A DNA stretch of 63,010 bases, counting the filler, from Octopus bimaculoides (taxonomy: Eukaryota): the NCBI RefSeq assembly GCF_001194135.2. It is 6 parts of 5 records of this genome, joined end to end, with 100 filler letters (N's around TTAATTAATTAA, not from the genome) between each part and the next. Parts side by side here need not be neighbours in the genome. Positions count along the whole stretch, not along the records: positions 50,577 to 60,758 come from NW_026332636.1; positions 60,859 to 63,010 come from NC_068982.1; 4 more parts are not named here. One strand, 5' to 3'. Below the pieces are notes generated by a model. That model ran no database searches. It had not been told where the DNA came from and worked only from the letters and a program-made list of their open reading frames with translations. Made by a program: the position numbers and the translations under genes. Positions 50,577-62,824 of the stretch are shown one piece after another (the stretch's first letter is position 1; every line of letters begins with the position of its first letter).

Positions 50577-50788
50577 ATCGCAGCCATTATCATACCGTTT
50601 TCAGACCGTGTGTTATAAGACCCACATTATCCAAATGTTTTTATAAATGCTGAAGCGTCTCGTATCATAAATATTTAGAGAAAATTATATTTTGAGCAAC
50701 TGTTCGGACATTAGGCTCCCTCCTTTGTGTAACTATTCGGACATTAGGCTCCCTCGTTTGTATGTAATATAATAATGTATGGCGAATG
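50577..50788 (+). repeat. Arm of a long-range inverted repeat (partner 57473-57684) containing a 33-bp tandem duplication
   Basis: Aligned by eye to the reverse complement of 57473-57684. Confidence 0.88.
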
Positions 50789-51066
50789 CATCAGTCTTTT
50801 ACCGAGGAAAAATATGATGAAGCGCGTAAAATATCTATACCTCAACAGCTCATAACAAATCACTCATTTTTTTCCAACTGGATTTCAGTTTGTTTTTCCT
50901 GCGACTAAAACTACGAAACGTATTGTTTTCCATTTTTTCCCCCCATTAAATTTAGTGCCAAATAGGTGTCTGTAATAGATTTGTGACTATTCGGTGGTAC
51001 AGAAGTAGTTTTTTGACTTCTAATTTTTAGCGATATAGGTACTCATGAAGTACCTTTGTATGTATG

Positions 51067-51103
<37 letters not shown>

Positions 51104-51855
51104 TTAGGGAAAATAACCAGGTTTCAAGAACTCATCGATGAAAATCCACTGTCACATATAGAAAAAGTAATAATTAAAAGCACAATAAATTAGTGTAATA
51201 TAAAACAAAGTAAATATCATAAGATAAAGATAATATTTTCCCTAAAACTATGTATTTTATATATATTTTAATCTATAAAGCTCAATTTNNNNNNNNNNNN
51301 NNNNNNNNNNNNNNNNNNNNNNNNNNNNNNNNNNNNNNNNNNNNNNNNNNNNNNNNNNNNNNNNNNNNNNNNNNNNNNNNNNNNNNNNNNNNNNNNNNNN
51401 NNNNNNNNNNNNNNNNNNNNNNNNNNNNNNNNNNNNNNNNNNNNNNNNNNNNNNNNNNNNNNNNNNNNNNNNNNNNNNNNNNNNNNNNNNNNNNNNNNNN
51501 NNNNNNNNNNNNNNNNNNNNNNNNNNNNNNNNNNNNNNNNNNNNNNNNNNNNNNNNNNNNNNNNNNNNNNNNNNNNNNNNNNNNNNNNNNNNNNNNNNNN
51601 NNNNNNNNNNNNNNNNNNNNNNNNNNNNNNNNNNNNNNNNNNNNNNNNNNNNNNNNNNNNNNNNNNNNNNNNNNNNNNNNNNNNNNNNNNNNNNNNNNNN
51701 NNNNNNNNNNNNNNNNNNNNNNNNNNNNNNNNNNNNNNNNNNNNNNNNNNNNNNNNNNNNNNNNNNNNNNNNNNNNNNNNNNNNNNNNNNNNNNNNNNNN
51801 NNNNNNNNNNNNNNNNNNNNNNNNNNNNNNNNNNNNNNNNNNNNNNNNNNNNNNA

Positions 51856-52260
51856 AAAAAATGTCTCCCCCAGCGTTCAGTATTCCCCTTTCGTTCCGGT
51901 CTTACGACCCTCCATGTTTGTTTTCGTTCAGTTTCCTCGTATGTCTCGTCTCCACTGTCATAATTTTTTTTTTGTTCCCAACTTTGAGCCTCCATAAATC
52001 CTAAAGTTTATTTTAGAATTGATAGCAGCAACTGTCTTTGATGACTCATTGTCGTCTGAATGCTCGAAATGGGGAATAGATAAACAGACGACAACTGATG
52101 AAGGATCCATTTTTTGTGTCAACCTGTCCTCTTTCCATTTTTTTTCTCGTTTGATTACATATTTCACTCGTTTTTGTCCCGTAATTACTGTCCTCGTCTT
52201 GTATCTATCTCTCGTGTGTATGTTATTTGCATTGTTGGTGATGTCTTGTACCCATATATG
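51856..52260 (-). mobile_element. Possible decayed PLE N-terminal coding fragment
   Basis: Frameshifted ...IPHFEHSDDNESSK...EAQSWEQKK...ETRHTRKL; the resemblance is weak. Confidence 0.3.
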
Positions 52261-52776
52261 CATACATATGTATATTATTCATTACATATGTAAATATATA
52301 TTTATTTATATATTTATTTATTTAGGTAATATTTATTACAAAAAAACGAATGCTGTGTACGCACAATAAATCAATGGTTGGTTACTTATTTCATTGATTG
52401 GTTATGCGTACATGTCTCGCGATGTTGCATATGCGTGGTGTATAGAGCATGATCATCGTGTTGTGACTTGACTGGCTACTTTAAAAATAAATGAAGCAAA
52501 GTCACAAACAAAAAATATTCTAACATATTCATAGCTGGACATGATCTATTGTATTGATTGCTTACAAAAGAAAAATGCTGAAAATATAATTGCCGACCGA
52601 GAAGAAAGAATCTTGCTGCGTCTTGTAGAAGGCTAGTTGTGGTACATCGTGAGTGTCCGAAACCGTTTCTTGCTCGAAGCAGTCTGTCCGGGTAACCGAG
52701 GTGGTCTGGTCTTAGTGGTCTTCCTAGTGTGACTGCTCAAAGTAGTGTACACGAATATTCGAGGCCGTCTGACTTA

Positions 52777-52866
52777 GTGTGTCTGTCCCCCCACCATCAC
52801 TTGACAACCGATGTTGGTGTGTTTACGTCCCCATAACTTAGTGGTTCGGCAGAAGTATTCGATAGA

Positions 52867-52868
<2 letters not shown>
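52777..52868 (+). mobile_element. Partial SINE family A
   Basis: CCACCATCACTTGACAACCGATGTTGGTGTGTTTACGTCCCC block. Confidence 0.75.
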
Positions 52869-52926
<58 letters not shown>

Positions 52927-53367
52927 NNNNNNNNNNNNNNNNNNNNNNNNNNNNNNNNNNNNNNNNNNNNNNNNNNNNNNNNNNNNNNNNNNNNNNNNNN
53001 NNNNNNNNNNNNNNNNNNNNNNNNNNNNNNNNNNNNNNNNNNNNNNNNNNNNNNNNNNNNNNNNNNNNNNNNNNNNNNNNNNNNNNNNNNNNNNNNNNNN
53101 NNNNNNNNNNNNNNNNNNNNNNNNNNNNNNNNNNNNNNNNNNNNNNNNNNNNNNNNNNNNNNNNNNNNNNNNNNNNNNNNNNNNNNNNNNNNNNNNNNNN
53201 NNNNNNNNNNNNNNNNNNNNNNNNNNNNNNNNNNNNNNNNNNNNNNNNNNNNNNNNNNNNNNNNNNNNNNNNNNNNNNNNNNNNNNNNNNNNNNNNNNNN
53301 NNNNNNNNNNNNNNNNNNNNNNNNNNNNNNNNNNNNNNNNNNNNNNNNNNNNNNNNNNNNNNNNNNN

Positions 53368-53416
<49 letters not shown>

Positions 53417-53869
53417 GGTGAGTTCATTTTGATGTATGATACATGTTTCTGTGTTGGCAATTATACCTATCCTAAACAAAATGGCATTACTTTTTGACTC
53501 ATCCTCGTATATATATAAAGAGAGGGAGGGAGAGAGAGAGAGAAAGATATATGTTAGATAACTAGCTTGTTAGCTAGATAGATAGATTAGAGAGTGGGGG
53601 GAATATATAGGCAACAAAATCCGGGAAGCCGAACTTAGGAACTCACGACCTTTGGTACATACACAGGCACACACAATTGGATATGTACATCGGGATACAT
53701 AATCAGCACGGTTTATCCATCAAAAAGGATATAGCTAAGATGCTCTGTTAACAGTGGGTAATAAAAGAAGGTAATTGATTTAACAGATGTAACAAGTTCA
53801 AACAAGAAATATCCGGTTATTCGTTGAAACGTTGGGATATAAACTGATTAAATAATTTTATTAAAATTT

Positions 53870-54072
53870 TTGCACAAGGCTAGCAATTTCAGTGGATGTT
53901 TTAAGTCGATTACATCGACCCCAGCGTTCAAGTGGTACTTTATTTTATCGACTCCCAATTGGATAAAAAATAAAATTGACCGTGGTGTAATTCGTACTCA
54001 GAACGTGTAGGCAGATGTAGTGCCACTCAGCATTTTGTACGTGCGCGACAACGATTCAGACAGCACGTCGCT
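53870..54072 (-). mobile_element. Diverged SINE family B
   Basis: GATTACATCGACCCCAG...CTCAGAACGT core. Confidence 0.75.
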
Positions 54073-54278
54073 TCATAAAATTGAAGTATTGATCACTCCT
54101 TGCTGCTGTTTGTGAAAATCAAACTAGAGATTAATCAATAGATAAATATTGATTGATTTGTTATAAGTATATATTTTTTTTAATTTTCTCAATAGGTAAC
54201 TTGGTATGAATATTTTACGCGTTTAAGTAGCCATATTTTACGAGTAAAAAGAAGACAGACGTATACTTATTCATTTAT

Positions 54279-54372
<94 letters not shown>

Positions 54373-54451
54373 ACACATATGTATATAATGTACTGATCTG
54401 TGATAGAAAATTCAACAAAAAAGTACTCCATCTGGTGAGAGATATACATAT

Positions 54452-54795
54452 ATTCTTTTACTTGTTTCCATCATTTGACAGCGGCCATGCTGGAGCACTG
54501 CTTTTAGTCGAATTAATCTACACCACAATTTATTCTTTGTAAGCCTAGTACTTATTTTATCAGTCTTTTTGTCGAACCGCTACGTTACGGGGACGTAAAC
54601 GCAGCAACATTGGTTGTCAAGCAATGGTGGGAAGAGGAATACAGACACACAGACTCATACATTTATGTATATATTATACGACGAGCTTCTTTCAGTTTCC
54701 ATCTACCAAATCCACTCAGAAAGCTTTGGTCGGCTCGATGCTATAGTAGAAGACACTCACCCAAGGTGCCACACAATGGGACTGAACCCGAAAAA
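54452..54795 (-). mobile_element. SINE family A, 5'-truncated
   Basis: Reverse complement of the 41807 copy. Confidence 0.85.
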
Positions 54796-54876
54796 GAATA
54801 TATATATATATATATATAGTTATATATATATACATACATATATCAAACATAAATTGAAAACAGAACACAAAGGATA

Positions 54877-54977
54877 TCGCGGTACACGTGTTTCAAGCTT
54901 TATAAACAATCTGTTATTACATCACCATAGGTATATTATTGATATAAAAGATGGTGTAAAGCTCTCCTCAGCCGCAA
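54877..54977 (-). ncRNA. Type I hammerhead ribozyme with long helix II (family 6)
   Basis: Minus strand: TTGCGG-CTGAGGA-GAGCTTTA...TAAAGCTT-GAAA-C ACGT G-TA|CCGCGA. Canonical core, 8-bp helix II base and helix III ACACGTGT a perfect palindrome; predicted cut between 54883 and 54882. Confidence 0.8.
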
Positions 54978-55246
54978 ACATTGTTAGTCCAAAGATTACA
55001 TCACAAAAGAAAAAGTACACGTAGTATTATCCATTATAATAAGTTTATCACATCCCTTTAAAACGGTATATTTGTATAAAAGGTTTGTTGGATTTCAAAA
55101 ATATATTGTTTTAAAGGGATGTGATAAACCTATTATAATGGATAATACTACGTGTACTTTTTCTTTTGTGATGTAATCTTTGGACTAACAAAGTTTGCAG
55201 CTGAGGAGAGCTTTACACCATCTTTTATATCAATAGTATACCTATG
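54926..55246. repeat. About 138-bp inverted repeat with 45-bp spacer overlapping the hammerhead
   Basis: Arms 54926-55063 / 55109-55246 with only a few mismatches. Confidence 0.92.
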
Positions 55247-55433
55247 CAAATCTGACAAACCATTGATAAACTCACTAGTAAAATGAATATCAAGCGTGGG
55301 AAAATAAGTTGATTGATTTTAGAGAAGTAAGAAATTCATGCGAGAAATATCTGATTGTTCTTTTAAACGTTGAGAGATAAACTGATTAAATAATTTTAAG
55401 GGAACGAAACGGAAAATATTGGTTTCAAACTTT

Positions 55434-55634
55434 GATACAAGTCCAGCAATTTCGATGGAGGGATTAAGGTGATTACATCGATCCCCAGTGTTCAATTGCT
55501 ATTTATGTTATGGACACTGAAAGGATGAAAGGCAAAGTCGACCTCGGTAACATTTCAACTCAGAACGTAAGACGGACGAAACGCCGCTAAGCATTCTGTC
55601 CGGCACGCTAACGATCCTGCCATCTCGCCGCTTT
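55434..55634 (-). mobile_element. SINE family B
   Basis: GGATGAAAGGCAAAGTCGACCTCGG...CTCAGAACGTAA core. Confidence 0.82.
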
Positions 55635-55829
55635 ATACCGTGGAAATATTGATAACTCCCAGCTGCTGCTGATGAAAACAAACTAGAGGCTGACCAACAG
55701 CTGGTCAATAATGAGTGATTTGTTATGAGTATATTTTCTATCTTCTCAAAAGCTGTTGAGGTGTAAATATTTCATACGATTAAATAATATTTTTCATCAG
55801 TAAAAATAAGACCGACGCATGTATGTATG

Positions 55830-55860
<31 letters not shown>

Positions 55861-57472
55861 NNNNNNNNNNNNNNNNNNNNNNNNNNNNNNNNNNNNNNNN
55901 NNNNNNNNNNNNNNNNNNNNNNNNNNNNNNNNNNNNNNNNNNNNNNNNNNNNNNNNNNNNNNNNNNNNNNNNNNNNNNNNNNNNNNNNNNNNNNNNNNNN
56001 NNNNNNNNNNNNNNNNNNNNNNNNNNNNNNNNNNNNNNNNNNNNNNNNNNNNNNNNNNNNNNNNNNNNNNNNNNNNNNNNNNNNNNNNNNNNNNNNNNNN
56101 NNNNNNNNNNNNNNNNNNNNNNNNNNNNNNNNNNNNNNNNNNNNNNNNNNNNNNNNNNNNNNNNNNNNNNNNNNNNNNNNNNNNNNNNNNNNNNNNNNNN
56201 NNNNNNNNNNNNNNNNNNNNNNNNNNNNNNNNNNNNNNNNNNNNNNNNNNNNNNNNNNNNNNNNNNNNNNNNNNNNNNNNNNNNNNNNNNNNNNNNNNNN
56301 NNNNNNNNNNNNNNNNNNNNNNNNNNNNNNNNNNNNNNNNNNNNNNNNNNNNNNNNNNNNNNNNNNNNNNNNNNNNNNNNNNNNNNNNNNNNNNNNNNNN
56401 NNNNNNNNNNNNNNNNNNNNNNNNNNNNNNNNNNNNNNNNNNNNNNNNNNNNNNNNNNNNNNNNNNNNNNNNNNNNNNNNNNNNNNNNNNNNNNNNNNNN
56501 NNNNNNNNNNNNNNNNNNNNNNNNNNNNNNNNNNNNNNNNNNNNNNNNNNNNNNNNNNNNNNNNNNNNNNNNNNNNNNNNNNNNNNNNNNNNNNNNNNNN
56601 NNNNNNNNNNNNNNNNNNNNNNNNNNNNNNNNNNNNNNNNNNNNNNNNNNNNNNNNNNNNNNNNNNNNNNNNNNNNNNNNNNNNNNNNNNNNNNNNNNNN
56701 NNNNNNNNNNNNNNNNNNNNNNNNNNNNNNNNNNCACGCACGTACGCACAAATGTATGTTGACTAATGCTTGTATTCATGTTACGTTATAATAAAAAACA
56801 ATTTTATATTAAACTGAAAAATTACTCAATACTTTTTGTAGAGTAACAATATATTACTCCTTAACGAGAATAATATCGACAAGGATTTCGAATTGTCGGG
56901 GAGCTAAGCCACCATAGCAGCGAAAAGTACTTTACAGTGAAATCCGGATGGATATAGAAAGAAGGGTGGGCCTAAGAACTCGTGACGTAGATCAACACAA
57001 AAGGAAGTAGAGAAAGGGGGACATTCATGGCAGAGTATAAGTACAGAAGCGAAAAATCATGCGACATGGAATTTAATTATAAGTGGTCTATACTCCGCGT
57101 TGGAGGGTTAAAGGCAAGAAAGAAAAAGAAGCCACCATAGGATCGTAACACATTTGAATTCATCTTGGTTTTATATAAACTCAGTAAAGTTAAAATTTTC
57201 TAGAGTAAGCTGAGCCATTTTAAATGATAATTAGCTTGTAGATATGTATTGAGAAATCCTGCAGATTAATATAAAATGTCAGGACTTTCAATAAGTTGTG
57301 TGACTTTCCCATTTGAAATAAAACATCTACACAGATACATTTGATAAGTAGAACGTGTAGATGTGGACCACGATGAACAGTTTGGCTCTTAATTATGAGT
57401 GTAGTTTCAAGTGAAGAAAAGTCTGCATCTAACTGTTTTGAAAAGTAACTATCTACTTGGTTTAGGTGTCTT

Positions 57473-57684
57473 CATTTGCCATACATTATTATATTACACA
57501 CAAACGAGGGAGCCGAACGTCCGAATAGTGACACAAAGGAGGGAGCCTAATGCCCGAACAGTTGCTCAAAAAATTATTTTCTCTAAATATTTATGATACG
57601 AGACGCTTCAGCATTTATAAAAACATTTGGATAATGTGGGTCTTATAAGACACGGTCTGAAAACGGTATGATAATGGCTGCGAT
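57473..57684 (-). repeat. Second arm of the long-range inverted repeat
   Basis: Reverse complement of 50577-50788. Confidence 0.88.
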
Positions 57685-58756
57685 TCTTTGACTAAAAAAG
57701 GACTACTCAATCGAGGCTCAATGAAACCTGTGCCTAAACAACAGCAACCTTGAATGTCAAATTTCCAAGCTGTCTTCCGTTAAAAGGACATACACTTCAC
57801 TGAAACTGCTGACCGTACCCCAAATCATCGCTCATTTGTCCGTCATTTCAAAAACATTTTAGACTTTTAATTCTACATTATTTGTTCTTCGAGATGCGGG
57901 GTTTTTTTCTAACTAGTAACATGTTTGAAGTTTGTAGGATACATCAATGTGAATCGAACCAACAACAATACATTATTAGCAGCTTTATCGATCGAAGGTC
58001 AATTTAGTATTAACAGTGAAGTTTGTTAGTTAACATCCATACTTTTCTGGGTTGACATTATGAATATCCACTTGATACGAAAATACAAACATAGATAAGC
58101 CTTCATTCCTTCAAGGTCTTAAACACTCTACTTGTTATTGTCATTCAACATTAAATGTGATATGTCCAGTGTAAAATACAAAGCATAAGTCAATGGGATG
58201 CTATCGATTTATTGCTAAATTAAAATAGGCTCGTTTTTGCTCACCAAACGTATAAATACTGGCAACTTGTTTCAAGATGTATTTTTGCGGAGACCGGTGA
58301 ACAGAAGCGGCCAATGATTGGAAAAGTAACGAAGCTGTGAGTGAAACTGATAATTTACTAATAATCGTGAAAGCAAAATACTTTGGAAAGAAAGGAACGA
58401 CAATATAAGACCCCTAAGTTTACGAACGTGTCTGAGAAAAGCGAAATAACCTGCGGACAAATTCTAGAGTCAGAGGGAAAGAAAGTTGCACATCTGTCTA
58501 AATAAGAGAGTAAAAAAATCTGGAGTTATTGTTTTAAGAACATATCTTCTTGAAGCCAAAGTAAAACTAAATCAACTGTGAAATATCCTAAGTTTTTTCT
58601 TGAATTGTCAGAAGGAAGAGACTAAAAGAAATAATGTTTATCGAAAGTAAATATAAGAAACTTTAAAATGCAGAAGATATTGTTTCCAGTGAGACTCGTC
58701 TGGTTGGTTGATTTTTAACTAAAAGGGAAGTTTCCTCAATAAATCCTGTAACAGTC

Positions 58757-58769
58757 ATGAATCTTAAAG
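58757..58769 (+). CDS. Candidate first coding segment (MNLK-G) of the PAN-domain gene, within putative exon 58690-58769
   Basis: Acceptor TGTTTCCAG| at 58689 and consensus donor AAG|GTAAGT at 58770. The phase-1 join is in frame with 60320. Confidence 0.4.
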
Positions 58770-58969
58770 GTAAGTGAATTAATGTTATTAGGAATGAAAA
58801 GAGAGATAATTACTAAACTTGTTCTTATAATTCTATAATATAAATACTGTTACTTGTGCTTTCATCGCATTAGGTTTATCATTATCATTTCCCCATTTCC
58901 AAGGAGAATGGAAAGAAGAGAGGTAGATTTGTTTAAATCGTGGGTCGACTGATTAAATATCTTTAGAGT

Positions 58970-60105
58970 TCAGTCACATATTTTGTCCACAAATTCTGCA
59001 CTTATCACTTTCTGATGTGTTGTCTATTCTGTATTTGATGTAACTGGTTCTAATTACATGCTCTGGGCAGCACAGATTACAGGCTCCGTCTCCGGTTTTA
59101 AATCGCTTTTAATCAACCATAGCCAGCTTTTTTCTTTGTCTATCTTATCTTCAACATCTCTATGAAATTGTCCATACATTCTTTCCTTTTTCCACCTATT
59201 TTCAGTTTCATTCATTCTCAAGTGCTTGTACAGTGCTTTATCTTTGCAATCTTTTATCCTATACACACTAACCTTCTTACTTCCAATAATAGCAGTTCTG
59301 TGTCATTTTTTACATGCCATGTTATGGTGTTTTCATCTGCTCTAATGCTGTGTTCGCATCCAATCAGTCCTCTTCCCCCCCTTTTTCTTGGTACATACAG
59401 TCTGTCTGTATCACTTTTTGGGTGGAGTACCCCTTATTTAGTCAGCAACTTACTTGTCTTTCTGTCTAAGCTGTTTAGTTCGTCTACAGTCCATGCGATT
59501 ACCCCTGTTTCATATCTAAGGAGTGAAACCGACCAGGTGTTGATAGATTCAATCTTATTTCGTCCGTTTAATTTCGACTTAGGTATCAGTCTCAGCCTGC
59601 GCAAGTACTCCACCTTAAATTTTTCTGTCACTTCTTCCCCCATCAATTTATCCATTTCCAATATCCCGAAGTACTTATAGCTGTCTCTTCTATCTGCTTC
59701 ATAACCTCCCGCAATGGTATCGCTAACTCGTCCATACATTTGATTTTGCCTCTCTTCAAGACTAACACACCACACTTTTTCAGTCCGAACTCCATTCTGA
59801 TATCAGCACTGAAAATATATATACCGTATCAACGAGGGAACTGACTCGGGCTTCATCTTTACCATAAAGTTTGAGGTCATTGATGAATAACAAATGGTTG
59901 ACTTTTTGTTTGCGGCTTTTGAATACATACCCAGCCTTCGCTTTTCTCAGAATCAGTGTCAGTGGTATCAAGCACAGTACGAAGACCAATGGGGACAGGC
60001 AGTCCCCTTGGAAGATGCCTCTCCTGATTTCTATTGTCCATAAGCTTTTTCCATATGCTGTCAGTTTCGTCCTCCACTCCGATATACTTTTTCCAAGCAT
60101 TCGGT
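58970..60105 (-). mobile_element. R4/Dong-like RT fragment, intronic and antisense to the PAN gene
   Basis: RRGIFQGDCLSPL, NHLLFINDLKLY, YKYFGILE, KSKLNGRNKI, RLYVPRKRGGRGL, SWLWLIKSDLKPETE. Confidence 0.9.
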
Positions 60106-60319
60106 AGTTGTGGTAGTGGTGTGGTGGTGATGGTGATGTTCGTCATGGTGATAGTGACGATGGTAGTGATGGTGGTGGTGGGCGACGGGTTGATAATATA
60201 TATATATATGTTACAGAGAGAGAAACAGAGAGACTGACAGACAGATAGAGAAAGAGACACAGAGAGAGAGGTAAACAGACAAACTCGTATGCATGCATGT
60301 AATCTTGTATATTTTTCAG

Positions 60320-60649
60320 GAATGGAAATATCAATTCAATATCAGTTGATTCTCCCGTTGCTACCAGCTTTGATGCTTGTATTTTCCGGAACTCCTGTAA
60401 TTGGAATATCAACGTATAGAGAAAACCTATTCAAAAAAATTACAACATCAAAATGCTTAGCTGACCAGAATAAAACAACTAAATACGCGTCATCTCCTAT
60501 AGAATGTTCAGTCCGGTGTATTTCACGCGATGAGTGTGAATATCTCAGCTATTGTAATGGCGCATGTTATATGCATCGATTGTTCTACGAAAAAGAAATC
60601 GAAGATTATGATTGCAACTGTTCATCGTATATTTTGGTCCAGGGGAACG
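60320..60649 (+). CDS. Host exon: signal peptide plus PAN/apple-like cysteine domain; partial gene
   Basis: Acceptor TTGTATATTTTTCAG|G, ATG at 60322, hydrophobic QYQLILPLLPALMLVFSG, SPIECSVRCISRDECEYLSYCNGACYMH pattern and donor AACG|GTATGT (phase 1). The domain call is by motif memory. Confidence 0.75.
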
Positions 60650-60858
60650 GTATGTAAATCAGCATTTTTCTGTATGCTTTTCTAATTTTTACATATTTCA
60701 ACCAATAATCCTATATGTTATATATATACAAATGATTATATATATATATATATATATANNNNNNNNNNNNNNNNNNNNNNNNNNNNNNNNNNNNNNNNNN
60801 NNTTAATTAATTAANNNNNNNNNNNNNNNNNNNNNNNNNNNNNNNNNNNNNNNNNNNN

Positions 60859-60950
60859 CCTCGGCAGAATTTGAACTCAGAACGTAAAGACAGACGAAAT
60901 GCCGCTAAGCATTTTGTCGAGCATGCTAACGATTCAGCCAGCTCGCCACG
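60859..60950 (-). mobile_element. Partial SINE family B
   Basis: CCTCGGCAGAATTTGAACTCAGAACGTAAAGACAGACGAAAT. Confidence 0.8.
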
Positions 60951-61739
60951 TTCGATAAGGCTATAAATAATACCGTGTAGAATATTGGGTTAAAACCCCT
61001 TGAATCGGACGCTGCCAGGAAGGAAGCCAGCACCCATGATCTTTTTCAGGGCATTCGAGACTGGCGTGGGGCCTGGGGAAGGGGGAGGAAGAAGGAATGG
61101 AGACATCTTCAAACCGAAAGCTGGGCTCGAACGCTTGCAACGGTGGACTTCGTTGAAGGTACTCAAGATGCCTTGTAGTGTTGGTGTCAAACGGATTAAT
61201 CTACCACCCATTAATGTCATGGCGGGATTTGAACGCAGAAAACAAAACGCTAGAACAATTTCTGCTAAATATCTAGTCCATGCGTCTTACGGTTTCGCCA
61301 TTCCATCAACCGGAATTAGTGTTTTTTTTTATCGATCTGGAAAGAACAAAAGGAAAAGCTGACCTCGTTGGGAACACAGAGAGTGTAAACAAATACTGCA
61401 AAATATACCAATGAGCACAACAATTTCGTGTATAGCATTCAAATTACGGAATTTCGCTTTATCTGCACATATTCATGAAAAACTTTTGGAATCTCATTCG
61501 GTAGAAAGCCTACAAAATAATGTCTACTATACATATTTATAGTTACAGTGATAAATCTGAAATTGATTATGTAAGCTGAATGAATAAAAAATAAACGAAA
61601 GCATACAAACGAAAATTAAATACATATATTTTCCCATGTGCATAATTATGTTTATGCAATATAAACGGATGTAGAAGGAAAAAAAACCAAGAAAATTGCA
61701 GCATAGCTGCATGATAGTGGTGTCAGACGTGTTATGCAG

Positions 61740-61870
61740 ACATGTGCATTACGTTTTTTATTCTTCTCTTCCGCTTTACTTTGACATGCGCATTGCGTTT
61801 TTATTCTTCTCCTCCGTTTTTCGAATTCACTGTGCACATGCGCATTGTGTGTTCATACTTCTCTTTCCAG
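61740..61870. repeat. Three degenerate 44-52 bp tandem units (ACATGYGCATT...TTCTTCTC)
   Basis: Units start at 61740, 61784 and 61836. Confidence 0.65.
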
Positions 61871-62505
61871 TTCCTACACAAAACTGTTTACTGATCATAA
61901 GCATCTCACGAACCTGCGTTCGTGAGGAGTACTTCGCGCTCCGGTCGTTGTGAAAAAAGTGCAGACACGCGTATATTCACATCCTGAGCAGGATCGCAAG
62001 GGAGATATACTTGTTTGGAATAAGCTCGTTTACACAATACTGCAGCGTGGTTTTTAGCAACTCAGTGCGGTAGCCAAATCCTTAAACGTAGCATACCTTC
62101 GACAACATCAACACACGTCTCTAATGTTTTATTCCTCCTGTGTAGTCACGGACCCCACATGCACCATATTACGTCACCACGTTTATATGTTCCCTGGTGG
62201 TTGACGTAAAGCCAAGTACGACGTATTGTGAATTTTATATGTACACGATTTTATATACATTGTAAAAAAATCAATAATTTTTATTAATCATATATTTTGA
62301 TTGAGTTTTAGTTCATTTAGTGTATACATTATGCATTTTATATATTATCGCTGCTGCCGTTGATATGTTGAAGTTTTTCCTTAGACTTCCACAGACATAG
62401 ATTCCCGATACTTTTGACAAATGTTTACAGTTATGGCCCCATTAGCATGATCAAAATTTTATATCAGAAATTGTAAAGCATCAGTAATGAAGAGAATTGC
62501 TATGG

Positions 62506-62542
<37 letters not shown>

Positions 62543-62552
62543 NNNNNNNNNN

Positions 62553-62590
<38 letters not shown>

Positions 62591-62743
62591 TAATATCTAT
62601 AGGATTGAGGTAGCTCCTCCAGTAGGTATACAGAAGCAAAAAAAGAAGAGTGCGAATGTTATTAAGTGAACGATATTTCGGCTCTAGTGTGCCTTTCACA
62701 AGTTCAAAAAAAAGAACTTGTCAATCTACTTCATTTTTGGTAA

Positions 62744-62769
62744 TCTATATATATAAAAATGAGAATGTG

Positions 62770-62824
<55 letters not shown>

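Noticed and set aside
50703-50768. CRISPR-like 33-bp periodic repeat
   Set aside because: Only two adjacent units with no unique spacers or cas genes, in eukaryotic context.
55190-55246. Plus-strand CTGAGGA-GAGC half hammerhead
   Set aside because: Truncated inverted copy lacking GAAA, helix III and the cleavage site.
61862-61953. Strong acceptor CTCTTTCCAG as the next PAN-gene exon
   Set aside because: It is beyond a scaffold join, the in-phase frame stops after 27 codons and it has no recognisable domain.
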